DNA from: Rhodobiaceae bacterium
GTDB lineage: Bacteria; Pseudomonadota; Alphaproteobacteria; Rhizobiales; Tepidamorphaceae
Direction of reading: 5' to 3'
Length of the DNA stretch: 64,000 nt
Assembly: GCA_020637985.1 (NCBI GenBank)
Contig: JACKJK010000007.1
Location: 99,112-163,111 of the forward strand
In this document: positions 10,790 through 21,787 of the stretch, in pieces
How the letters are laid out: the number at the start of each line of letters is the position of its first letter
How positions within the stretch are numbered: the stretch's first letter is position 1
Notes under the pieces: model-generated
The model's input: the letters and a program-made list of their open reading frames with translations, nothing else
Database searches by the model: none
Told to the model about the DNA's origin: nothing
Translations under genes and position numbers: made by a program

Positions 10790-12037
10790 GTGAACAGTCC
10801 CGAGACGTTGCTGCGCGCATTGTTCGACGCGGCCGTTGGTGCAGCTCTTCCGGCGCGCATCATCGCCGCCAACATGCCCGAACCACCAGCCGGCCGCACG
10901 GTCGTCGTCGGTGCCGGCAAGGCGTCGGCCGCGATGGCGCAGGCCTTCGAGGCGGCATGGACGGGGCCGCTGGAGGGCGTCGTGGTGACACGCTACGGGC
11001 ACGGCGTGCCGTGCGAGCGCATCCGCATCGTCGAGGCGGCCCATCCGGTGCCCGACGCCAATGGCCTGCAGGCGGCAAAGGACATCCTCGCCGCAGTCAG
11101 TGGACTGGGCGCAGACGATCTCGTCGTGGCGCTGATTTCCGGCGGCGGTTCGGCGCTGCTGACGGCGCCGGCGGACGCGCTGACGCTGGCCGACAAGCAG
11201 GCGGTGAATGCAGCATTGCTGCGCTGCGGAGCGCCGATCGGTGAAATGAATTGCGTGCGCCGGCACCTCTCCGCGATCAAGGGCGGGCGGCTTGCGGCAG
11301 CGGCTGCGCCGGCAAAGGTCGTCACCATCGCCATCTCGGACGTGCCGGGCGACGATCCGGCGGTGATCGCGTCCGGGCCGACGGTCGCCGACCCGACGAC
11401 GTCGCGAGACGCGATCGCGCTGCTGGATCACTACAAGCTCGATGTTCCGGCAGCGGTGCGCGGCTGGCTCGACAATCCCGCGTCCGAAACGCCGAAGCCC
11501 GACGACACGACGTTTGCGCGCTGCGCGTTTCGCATGGCGGCGACGCCGGCGATGTCGCTGGAGGCAGCGGCGGAAATCGCGCGCGAGGCGGGGATCGAAC
11601 CGCTGGTCCTGGGAGATGCCATCGAAGGGGAAGCGCGCGAGGTTGGCGCCGAGCATGCACGGCTGGCGCTGCGGCTGAAGGCCGAGGGGCGGCGCTGCGT
11701 GCTGTTGTCGGGCGGCGAAACGACGGTCAGCGTGCGCGGGCACGGGCGTGGCGGGCGCAATGCGGAATACCTGCTGGCGCACGCGCTGGAACTTGCCGGG
11801 GCCCCTGACATCTGGTCGATCGCCTGCGATACGGACGGCATCGACGGATCGGAGGACAACGCCGGGGCCTGGTGCGGACCGCAGACGCTTGCAGCCGCGC
11901 GCGCGGCTGGCGCGGACCCCGAGGCAATGCTCGCCAACAACGACGCCTATTCGTGTTTCGAGGCCGCCGGCAGCCTTGTCGTCACCGGGCCGACACTAAC
12001 CAATGTCAATGATTTCCGGGCAACATTGATACTCTAG
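10790..12037 (+). CDS. Glycerate kinase, MOFRL family (TtuD/GckA-like)
   Basis: GAGKAS, HPVPD, LISGGGSALL, SDVPGDD, SGGETTV, GGRN, TGPTLTNVNDFR. Confidence 0.93.
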   Translation: MNSPETLLRALFDAAVGAALPARIIAANMPEPPAGRTVVVGAGKASAAMAQAFEAAWTGPLEGVVVTRYGHGVPCERIRIVEAAHPVPDANGLQAAKDILAAVSGLGADDLVVALISGGGSALLTAPADALTLADKQAVNAALLRCGAPIGEMNCVRRHLSAIKGGRLAAAAAPAKVVTIAISDVPGDDPAVIASGPTVADPTTSRDAIALLDHYKLDVPAAVRGWLDNPASETPKPDDTTFARCAFRMAATPAMSLEAAAEIAREAGIEPLVLGDAIEGEAREVGAEHARLALRLKAEGRRCVLLSGGETTVSVRGHGRGGRNAEYLLAHALELAGAPDIWSIACDTDGIDGSEDNAGAWCGPQTLAAARAAGADPEAMLANNDAYSCFEAAGSLVVTGPTLTNVNDFRATLIL

Positions 12038-12081
12038 CCACGCACAGCAATCGCGGCGCGACCGCCAAACGGACGGAAGAC

Positions 12082-13503
12082 ATGAGACGCATACGCAAGG
12101 CCAAGATCGTTGCAACGCTGGGGCCGGCGAGTTCGGACGCCGCAACCATCGCGCGTCTGTTCGATGCAGGCGTCGATGTCTTCCGGCTCAATTTCTCGCA
12201 CGGCACGAAGGACGACCATGCGCAGCGCATGAAGATCCTGCGCGACCTCGAAGCCAGCACCGGGAGGCCCATCGCGGTGATGCAGGACCTGCAGGGGCCG
12301 AAGATCCGCGTCGGAGCGCTGAAGGACGACGGCTTCCGCATCCAGGCCGGCGAGACGGTGCGCTTCGTTCTGGAGGGCGGCGACGGGACGGCGCAGGGCA
12401 TTCCGCTGCCGCACCGCGAAGTGTTTGACGCGATCGCGCCGGGTCACGCGATGCTGATCGACGACGGCAAGCTGCGCCTGAAGGTGACGGGGCTGGGCAA
12501 CGACTGGATTGAGGCAGAGGTCATCATCGGCGGGCCGGTCTCCAACCGCAAGGGCGTCAACCTGCCGGATACGCTTCTGGCGCTTTCCCCGCTGACGCAG
12601 AAGGACCGGGCCGACCTTGCCTTCGGCATGGAACTGGGGGCGGATTTCGTTGCGCTGTCCTTCGTGCAGCGCGCAGCCGACGTCATGGAATGCCGGCAGA
12701 TCATCGGCAACGAAATCGGCATCATCTCGAAGATCGAGAAGCCCAAGGCACTGGACGATCTCGCCGGCATCGTGGCGCTGTCGGACGGCGTCATGGTGGC
12801 GCGCGGCGACCTTGGCGTGGAAATTCCGGCCGAAGAGGTGCCGGCGCGCCAGAAGGATATGATCCGGTTGTGCCGGCGGGCTGGCAAGCCGGTCATCATC
12901 GCCACGCAGATGCTCGATTCGATGGTCGCGGTGCCTTCGCCGACGCGGGCGGAAGCCTCCGACGTGGCGACCGCGATCTACGACGGGGCGGACGCGGTGA
13001 TGTTGTCGGCGGAATCGGCGTCGGGGAAGTATCCGGTCGAGGCTGTCGCGATGATGGACCGCATCATTACCTCGACGGAGAACCACGACGCATATCGCGC
13101 GGCGATGGATTCGCTGGAACTCGATATCGAGCAGTCGGTCGAGCACGCGATGGCGGCTGCCGCGGCCCTGGTCGCCGAGACCATCGACGCCTGCGCCATC
13201 ATAGCCTTCACCTCAAGCGGGACGTCGGCGCAACGCGCCGCGCGCGAGCGCCCCGACATGCCCATCATCGCGCTGACGCCGCAGCTGCGCGTGGCGCGCC
13301 AGATGGCGCTGCTGTGGGGCGCGCACTCGGTGCAATCCGACGATGTCGCCGGCTATGACGCCATGGTGGAGGAAGCGGTGCGCCAGGCTCGCCAGGAGGG
13401 CTTTGCGAAGGAAGCCGAGCGGATCGTCATCCTGTCGGGCGTTCCCTTCGGCACGCCGGGTTCGACGAACAACCTGCGCGTCGCGACGATCCCGCGCGAC
13501 TGA
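12082..13503 (+). CDS. pyk: Pyruvate kinase
   Basis: KIVATLGPAS, RLNFSHG, DLQGPKIR, MVARGDLGVE, ATQMLDSM, DAVMLSAESA. Confidence 0.96.
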   Translation: MRRIRKAKIVATLGPASSDAATIARLFDAGVDVFRLNFSHGTKDDHAQRMKILRDLEASTGRPIAVMQDLQGPKIRVGALKDDGFRIQAGETVRFVLEGGDGTAQGIPLPHREVFDAIAPGHAMLIDDGKLRLKVTGLGNDWIEAEVIIGGPVSNRKGVNLPDTLLALSPLTQKDRADLAFGMELGADFVALSFVQRAADVMECRQIIGNEIGIISKIEKPKALDDLAGIVALSDGVMVARGDLGVEIPAEEVPARQKDMIRLCRRAGKPVIIATQMLDSMVAVPSPTRAEASDVATAIYDGADAVMLSAESASGKYPVEAVAMMDRIITSTENHDAYRAAMDSLELDIEQSVEHAMAAAAALVAETIDACAIIAFTSSGTSAQRAARERPDMPIIALTPQLRVARQMALLWGAHSVQSDDVAGYDAMVEEAVRQARQEGFAKEAERIVILSGVPFGTPGSTNNLRVATIPRD

Positions 13504-13513
13504 GAACGCCCAT

Positions 13514-13545
13514 AAAAAAAGCCCGGCTGACAGGGCCAGCCGGGC
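13514..13545 (-). terminator. Rho-independent terminator of glnA
   Basis: On the minus strand: GCCCGGCTG-gccctgt-CAGCCGGGC followed by T7. Confidence 0.85.
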
Positions 13546-13591
13546 AGGGCGGAATGCATGGCCGCGAGCGCGGCCATGCGAAGATTTCGGA

Positions 13592-14998
13592 TCAGACCGA
13601 GTAGTACATGTCGAACTCGACCGGATGCGGGGTGTGCTCGAAGCGGATCACCTCGTCCATCTTCAGGTCGATGTAGGAATCGATCTGGTCGTCGTCGAAG
13701 ACGCCACCGGCCTTCAGGAAGTCGCGGTCGGCGTCGAGGCTGTCGAGGGCCTCGCGCAGGCTGGCGCAGACGGTCGGGATTTCCTTCAGCTCTTCCGGGG
13801 GAAGGTCGTAGAGATCCTTGTCCATGGCGCTGCCGGGATGCAGCTTGTTCTTGATGCCGTCGAGGCCGGCCATCAGGAGCGCGGAGAAGCACAGGTAGGG
13901 GTTCGCGGAGGGATCGGGGAAGCGAACCTCGACGCGCTTGGCCTTCGGCGAAGACGTGTAGGGAATACGGCACGACGCCGAGCGGTTGCGGGCCGAGTAG
14001 GCCAGCAGGACGGGGGCCTCGAAGCCGGGGACCAGACGCTTGTAGGAGTTGGTCGACGGGTTGGTGAAGGCGTTGACGGCCTTGGCATGCTTGATCACGC
14101 CGCCGATGAAATAGAGGCAGTTCTCAGACAGGTCGGCATACTGGTTGCCGGCCATGACGTTGTCGCCCTTGTTCCAGATCGAGAAGTGGCAGTGCATGCC
14201 GGTGCCGTTGTCGCCATAGACCGGCTTGGGCATGAAGGTCGCCGACTTGCCGTAGGAGTGCGCAACCTGGTGCACGACGTACTTGTAGATCTGCATGCTG
14301 TCTGCGATGCGGGTCAGTGTGTCGAACTTCAGGCCAAGCTCATGCTGGGCAGCGGCCACCTCGTGGTGCTGCTTTTCGACGGTGACGCCCATGGACGTCA
14401 TCACGGTCAGCATCTCGGAGCGCATGTCCTGGGCGCTGTCGATCGGCGGAACCGGGAAGTAGCCGCCCTTGGTGCGCGGACGGTGGCCGAGGTTGCCGCT
14501 CTCGTACTCGGAGCCCATGTTGGAGGGCAGTTCGATCGAGTCGAGCTGGAAGCCGGTGTTGTAGGGATCGGAAGAGAAGCGCACGTCGTCGAAGACGAAG
14601 AACTCGGCTTCCGGGCCGACATAGACGGTGTCGCCGATGCCGGTCTGCTTGAGGTAGGCCTCGGCCTTCAGCGCGGTGGTGCGCGGGTCGCGGTTGTAGG
14701 CCTCGCCGGTGCCCGGCTCCAGGATGTCGCAGAACACGGCCAGAGTCGACTGGGCGAAGAAGGGGTCGATGTGCGCCGAAGCGGTGTCGGGCATCAGCGT
14801 CATGTCGGACTCGTTGATCGCCTTCCAGCCGGCGATCGAGGAGCCGTCGAACATCACGCCCTCGGCGAACATCTCCTCGTCGACGATGGTCATGTCCATC
14901 GTCAGGTGCTGGAGCTTGCCGCGCGGGTCGGTGAAGCGCAGGTCAACGAACTTGACGTCGTTTTCCTTGATCATATTCATTACGGATTTGACAGACAT
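13592..14998 (-). CDS. glnA: Glutamine synthetase type I
   Basis: [40 protein letters not shown], adenylylation-site KDLYDLPP. Confidence 0.98.
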   Translation of the reverse strand: MSVKSVMNMIKENDVKFVDLRFTDPRGKLQHLTMDMTIVDEEMFAEGVMFDGSSIAGWKAINESDMTLMPDTASAHIDPFFAQSTLAVFCDILEPGTGEAYNRDPRTTALKAEAYLKQTGIGDTVYVGPEAEFFVFDDVRFSSDPYNTGFQLDSIELPSNMGSEYESGNLGHRPRTKGGYFPVPPIDSAQDMRSEMLTVMTSMGVTVEKQHHEVAAAQHELGLKFDTLTRIADSMQIYKYVVHQVAHSYGKSATFMPKPVYGDNGTGMHCHFSIWNKGDNVMAGNQYADLSENCLYFIGGVIKHAKAVNAFTNPSTNSYKRLVPGFEAPVLLAYSARNRSASCRIPYTSSPKAKRVEVRFPDPSANPYLCFSALLMAGLDGIKNKLHPGSAMDKDLYDLPPEELKEIPTVCASLREALDSLDADRDFLKAGGVFDDDQIDSYIDLKMDEVIRFEHTPHPVEFDMYYSV

Positions 14999-15132
14999 AT
15001 CTCGACACCTCTTCGTTTGACAGGTTGTCTGTTGGTTGTTTCTGGTATCTTCGGGTTTGATTTTTTTTGGCGTTCAGCGGCGTGTCAGCCCTGCCGGCCC
15101 GGCTCGGCGGGCCAAAGGGCTTGAGGCAACCG

Positions 15133-15588
<456 letters not shown>

Positions 15589-15634
15589 TTAATATATTGC
15601 AGATTGCATCCGGGCCTGACCGGGCGGGAGATGG

Positions 15635-15670
15635 TGCCGAAAAATTATGCAAATGCATCTTTTATCGGCA
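15635..15670. promoter_or_regulatory. Tandem NtrC-type binding sites
   Basis: TGC-N11-GCA boxes with AT-rich centres: TGCCGAAAAATTATGCA (15635-15651) and TGCATCTTTTATCGGCA (15654-15670), about 85-120 bp upstream of the sigma54 site. Confidence 0.75.
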
Positions 15671-15801
15671 GTTCCGATCGGGCCGTCAGATCGACGCAGG
15701 CCATGGTGTTGCACAAGCATGAGGCAGGCGCGATCAATCGTAAGGCGAGGCTGGCACCGTGGGGGGCGGCGGATTGTCGGCGGGGCGGGAGAGAGCCGGG
15801 C

Positions 15802-17310
15802 ATGATGGACGAGGCTAGCTGCAAGGCGGTCCTGCTCACCAACGACGAGATGGCGCGCGCAGATGCCGCAGCGATTGCGGGCGGCACGCCGGGACGCGAC
15901 CTGATGGAGCGGGCAGGGAGCGGCGTCGCACGCGCCGCGCTGGCAAGTTTTCCGCATGCGTCGCGCTGGCTCGTGCTGTGCGGGCCGGGCAACAATGGCG
16001 GCGACGGTTTCGTCATCGCGCGTCACCTCAAGGCTGCCGGGCGCGCTGTCGATGTCGCATGCCTGGTCGATCCGGCTGCACTGAAGGGTGACGCGGCGTG
16101 GGCGCGCAGCACCTGGGATGGGCCTGTCGGCGGGTTCGATGCCGTGGCGGCGGAGGGGCACGAAGCCATCGTCGACGCAGTATTCGGGGCAGGGCTGGCG
16201 CGTTCGCTGGAGGGGATCGCCCGAACGGTTCTCGAACGCGCCGCAGGCACGGGCTGTCCGATCGTTGCGGTCGACGTGCCGTCCGGCGTCGATGGCAGCA
16301 GCGGCGCGGTTCTCGGCTATGCGCCGCGCGCCGAGCTGACGGTGACATTCTTCCGCAAGAAGCCGGCGCATTGCCTGTATCCGGCGCGCGGCATGATGGG
16401 GCATGTCCAGGTGGTCGACATCGGCATCCCGGACTCGGTCCTCGAAGCGATCGGGCCGCGCACTTTCGAGAACTCAACCGAGCTCTGGCGCGCGGATTGG
16501 CCTGCGCTGGAGGCGAGCGGCCACAAGTATCACCGCGGCCATGCCGGCATCGTCAGCGGCGGCATGGCGCGCACCGGCGCGGCGCGGCTGGGCGCGCGCG
16601 CTGCGCTGCGGGCAGGCGCCGGACTCGTCAGCGTGCTGTCGCCGAAGGATGCGCTGGCCGAGAACGCCGCTCACCTGACGGCGGTCATGGTCAAGCCCGT
16701 GGACGATGTCTCGATATCGGCGGTCATCGCCGATGCCCGCATCAACACGGTCCTCGCGGGTCCGGGGCTCGGCACCGGGCACGAGCAGGCGCGGATGCTG
16801 GAGCGGGTTGCCGGTGCGGCGGCACGCGGGCGCTGCCTGCTGGTTCTGGACGCCGACGCGCTGACGATCATGTCGGTTTCGCGTGAGGCGTGGCGCACAC
16901 GGCTGCCGACGGACACGGTAATGACGCCGCACGAGGGGGAGTTCGGGCGGCTGTTCCCGCATCTGGACGCCAGGACAACCGCGGCATCGCGGCTCGAGCG
17001 GGCGCGCGCGGCTGCGGCCTTGAGTGGCGCCATCGTCGTGCTGAAAGGGGCGGACACGGTTATCTCGGCTCCTGATGGGCGTGCCGCGATCAACACCAAT
17101 GCGCCGCCGACGCTTGCGACGGCGGGTTCCGGCGATGTGCTCGCCGGCATCATCGCCGGGCTGCTGGCGCGCGGCATGGACGCATTCGATGCGGCGTGCG
17201 CCGGCGTTTTCCTGCATGGTGCGGCGGCGCAGGCGTTCGGTCCGGGGCTGATCGCGGAAGACCTGCCGGAGATGTTGCCGAAGGTGTTCGCATCGCTGGA
17301 CCTTTGCTGA
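15802..17310 (+). CDS. nnr: Bifunctional NAD(P)H-hydrate epimerase/dehydratase (YjeF/Nnr)
   Basis: LMERAG, CGPGNNGGDG, DAVFGAG, DVPSG, HKYHRG, GPGLG, DADAL, TPHEGEF, LATAGSGDVLAG. Confidence 0.93.
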   Translation: MMDEASCKAVLLTNDEMARADAAAIAGGTPGRDLMERAGSGVARAALASFPHASRWLVLCGPGNNGGDGFVIARHLKAAGRAVDVACLVDPAALKGDAAWARSTWDGPVGGFDAVAAEGHEAIVDAVFGAGLARSLEGIARTVLERAAGTGCPIVAVDVPSGVDGSSGAVLGYAPRAELTVTFFRKKPAHCLYPARGMMGHVQVVDIGIPDSVLEAIGPRTFENSTELWRADWPALEASGHKYHRGHAGIVSGGMARTGAARLGARAALRAGAGLVSVLSPKDALAENAAHLTAVMVKPVDDVSISAVIADARINTVLAGPGLGTGHEQARMLERVAGAAARGRCLLVLDADALTIMSVSREAWRTRLPTDTVMTPHEGEFGRLFPHLDARTTAASRLERARAAAALSGAIVVLKGADTVISAPDGRAAINTNAPPTLATAGSGDVLAGIIAGLLARGMDAFDAACAGVFLHGAAAQAFGPGLIAEDLPEMLPKVFASLDLC

Positions 17311-17339
17311 TTGGCTATATATAAGCCGCCAGCGAACCG

Positions 17340-17424
17340 GCGGGCGTGGTGGAACTGGTAGACACGCGAGATTTAGGTTCTCGTGCCTAACGGCGTGGGG
17401 GTTCAAGTCCCTCCGCCCGCACCA
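17340..17424 (+). tRNA. tRNA-Leu(TAG)
   Basis: 85-nt cloverleaf with long variable arm. Anticodon arm CGAGA-tt TAG gt-TCTCG, GTTCAAGTC T-loop, encoded CCA. Confidence 0.96.
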
Positions 17425-17516
17425 GTCCCGGACACCAGCCGGACAGACATTGCCGCATGGCGCAGCCCAAGGGCGACCGCGCCTTTGCGAAACCGAAAGA
17501 CCGCAAGAGAGAAACA

Positions 17517-18962
17517 ATGCAGATTACCGAGACCCTGGCCGAGGGCCTGAAGCGCGAACTGAAGGTCGTCATCCCCGCCAGCGAACTGGGCGGCAAACTG
17601 TCGGAGCGGCTTCAGACGCTGAGCAAGCAGGCCCGCATCAAGGGTTTCCGCCCCGGCAAGGTGCCTGCCGAACACCTGCGCAAGGTCTACGGCCGTTCGA
17701 TCATGGCCGAGATCATCCAGGAGACGGTGCAGGAATCGGCGCAGAAGGCCGTCGACGAGCGTGGCGAACGTCCCGCCCTGCAGCCGGTCATCAATTTCAG
17801 TGAGGACAAGGACGAGGTCGAGGCGGTGATGTCGGGCAAGGCCGACCTTGCCTATGCGATGGAATTCGAGATCATTCCGTCCTTCGACGTCCCCGATCTT
17901 GCCGCCATCAAGCTCGAGAAGCGCGTCGCGGCCGCAAGCGATGCCGACATCGACGAGGCGCTGGCGCGCATTTCCGAGCAGAACAAGGCGTATACGCCGC
18001 GCCCCGCCGGGGAAGCCGCGCAGGCCGACGACCGCGTCACCATCGATTACGCCGGCAAGCTCGACGGCAAGGAGTTCGGCGGCGGCACCGAGCAGGGCGC
18101 GCAGCTCGTGCTTGGCTCCAACACCTTCATCCCCGGCTTCGAGGACCAGCTGATCGGCAAGAAGGCCGGCGACAAGGTCGAGGTGAAGGTGACGTTCCCC
18201 GAGAACTACCAGGCGAAATTCCTGGCCGGCAAGGACGTCGTCTTCGATGTCACCGTGCACGAGGTGGCATCGCCGAGCGAGGCGCCCATCGACGACAAGT
18301 TCGCCGAACAGCTTGGCATCGAGTCGCTCGACAAGCTTAAGGATGCGTTGCGCGAGCGCATCGAGCACGACATCGGCACCCGCACCCGCGAACTGCTCAA
18401 GCGCGATCTTCTCGACACGCTCGACGACGCCGTGAAGTTCGATCTGCCTGGAGGCCTCGTCGACCGCGAATTCGACTCGATCTGGGGCCAGGTCACGGGC
18501 GACCTGGAACGTTCGGGTGCGAGCTTCGAGGACGAGGGCACGACAGAGGAAGAGGCGCGCGACGATTACCGCAAGCTCGCCGAGCGGCGCGTGCGGCTCG
18601 GCCTGCTGCTGGCCGAGGTCGGCAAGAGCGCCAATGTCGAGGTCAGCGAGGACGAGTTGCAGCGCGCGCTGATCGAGCGCGTGCGCCAGTACAAGGGCCA
18701 GGAACAGCAGGTCTGGGAGTTCTTCCAGAAGACGCCGGGCGCCATCAACGAGATCCGCGCGCCGCTGTTCGAGGAAAAGGTCGTCGACTACATCATCGAG
18801 CGTGCCGAGGTGAGCGAGAAGACGGTGTCGCGCGAGGAACTGTTCCACGATCACGATCACGATCACGATCACGATCATGACCACGATCACGGGCATGAGA
18901 AGCCGAAGAAGAAGGCGCCTGCCAAGAAGAAGGCCGCCGCGAAGGACAAGTCCGCGGAATAG
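17517..18962 (+). CDS. tig: Trigger factor
   Basis: MQITET...GLKRE, ribosome-binding KGFRPGKVP, FKBP domain FIPGFEDQL. Upstream of clpP. Confidence 0.97.
   Translation: MQITETLAEGLKRELKVVIPASELGGKLSERLQTLSKQARIKGFRPGKVPAEHLRKVYGRSIMAEIIQETVQESAQKAVDERGERPALQPVINFSEDKDEVEAVMSGKADLAYAMEFEIIPSFDVPDLAAIKLEKRVAAASDADIDEALARISEQNKAYTPRPAGEAAQADDRVTIDYAGKLDGKEFGGGTEQGAQLVLGSNTFIPGFEDQLIGKKAGDKVEVKVTFPENYQAKFLAGKDVVFDVTVHEVASPSEAPIDDKFAEQLGIESLDKLKDALRERIEHDIGTRTRELLKRDLLDTLDDAVKFDLPGGLVDREFDSIWGQVTGDLERSGASFEDEGTTEEEARDDYRKLAERRVRLGLLLAEVGKSANVEVSEDELQRALIERVRQYKGQEQQVWEFFQKTPGAINEIRAPLFEEKVVDYIIERAEVSEKTVSREELFHDHDHDHDHDHDHDHGHEKPKKKAPAKKKAAAKDKSAE
18846..18896 (+). repeat. (CACGAT)5-based hexanucleotide repeat encoding (HD)7-HGH in the tig C-terminus
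   Basis: cacgat x5, then catgac cacgat cacgggcat. Confidence 0.9.
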
Positions 18963-19045
18963 CGCAAGCGTTGTACGCATATCGCCGGGCCGGCGGCTGT
19001 GCCGCCGGCGGGAGTCAGGCTGCGCACCTGGCGCCGCAGTTACGC

Positions 19046-19073
19046 CTTGTTCACCTTCCATGGCGAACTATAT
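19046..19073 (+). promoter_or_regulatory. Putative RpoH/RpoD-type promoter of clpP
   Basis: CTTG-N18-CTATAT, resembling the rhizobial heat-shock/vegetative consensus, about 150 bp upstream of clpP. Confidence 0.55.
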
Positions 19074-19224
19074 GCGCGCGTATCCGAATCGCATTTGATG
19101 GAGCCCGATTCCGCTGCAGGGCGGGTTGGGCGTTTTCGTTTGCGCGAGGCGGCAGGTTCAGGCCGCGGGACGCAGGGCTGCATCCGCCGGGAATTTCCGG
19201 CAAACCCAGGACAACAGGACACCC

Positions 19225-19863
19225 ATGAAAGATCTGGCCTCATACTATACGAACACGCTCGTGCCGATGGTTGTCGAACAGACATCGCGCGGGGAACGCG
19301 CCTTCGACATCTATTCGCGCCTGCTCAAGGAGCGGATCGTGTTCATCACAGGGCCGGTCGAGGACCACATGTCCTCGCTGTTCGTGGCGCAGCTGCTGTT
19401 CCTGGAGTCGGAGAACCCGAAGAAGGAGATTTCCGTCTACATCAACTCGCCTGGCGGCGTCGTCACCTCGGGGCTTGCGATGTACGACACCATGCAGTTC
19501 ATCCGCCCGCCGGTCGCCACGCTGTGCATCGGCCAGGCGGCGTCGATGGGTTCGCTGCTGCTGACGGCGGGCACCGAAGGGATGCGCGCGGCGCTGCCGA
19601 ACGCGCGCGTCATGCTGCACCAGCCCTCGGGCGGCTTCCAGGGCCAGGCGTCGGACATCGAGCGCCATGCCCAGGACATCATCAAGATCAAGCGCCGGCT
19701 CAACGAGATCTACGTCAAGCACACCGGCAAGGACTACGAAACGATCGAGACGACGCTCGACCGCGACCATTTCATGACGGCGCAGGAGGCGAAGGATTTC
19801 GGCCTCATCGACAGCGTCGTCGAACAGCGCCCGGCCGATGCCGGAGACGAGAAGAAGGGCTGA
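19225..19863 (+). CDS. clpP: ATP-dependent Clp protease proteolytic subunit
   Basis: [24 protein letters not shown] (Ser), MLHQPSGG (His), DRD (Asp). Confidence 0.98.
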   Translation: MKDLASYYTNTLVPMVVEQTSRGERAFDIYSRLLKERIVFITGPVEDHMSSLFVAQLLFLESENPKKEISVYINSPGGVVTSGLAMYDTMQFIRPPVATLCIGQAASMGSLLLTAGTEGMRAALPNARVMLHQPSGGFQGQASDIERHAQDIIKIKRRLNEIYVKHTGKDYETIETTLDRDHFMTAQEAKDFGLIDSVVEQRPADAGDEKKG

Positions 19864-20055
19864 TCCGGTCTCGTTGAGGCCACAGCCAGCCATGGCGGGA
19901 AGGGGCAAGAGCGTTAATCGTATCTTGATCTTCGCGCCCCTAGCATGATTGCATTCCCGCATGCGGGTCGTGCACTATTTGTTTCATACGCATGACACGG
20001 GCGGAAGCCGGGGCATCAGGCACCTGTCCGGCCCGCGCCGATCGGAGAGACCGAG

Positions 20056-21321
<1,266 letters not shown>

Positions 21322-21787
21322 GCGAACCGCGTGCGTCCAGCCGTGCTGTGCGCAGGCGGTTGATGCGCCGGCCTTGACGAAGCGCCCTCGCGTTTCCACT
21401 TACCCACGTGAGTTCCGGTGCGTGTTCATGGGACGGTCCGAAGGGCCGCTGTCATGACACGTGACCGGGCGCGGCGGTACGCCGGATGATGCGCCATCGT
21501 GTCGCCGCAGTTCACCATCCAAATCGGAACAAGGTCCGTTGCCCGGCCCGTGTCCCGGTTTCAACAGGTTCTGGAAAAGTTCGCCGGGCTTGTTGCGCTC
21601 AGGTAGGCGTGCCGCGGAGCGGAGCCTAGACTTGAGGCAACACAGTCGCGTCGAATCGCGGGATTTGCGGGCGAGGCCACTCGCCGGCCCTTCCCGGAAC
21701 CCGCTTTGATCGAGAACAGGGCGTCTGAAGCAGATCGCGCGTAGAATGCGGCGCTGCGAGACGGCCCAACGAAAGGAACGATGCCCC

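Noticed and set aside
21322-21787. 466-bp clpX-lon intergenic region as a hidden gene or ncRNA
   Set aside because: ORFs there lack an RBS or motifs and no convincing structure was found. Most likely a promoter/leader region.
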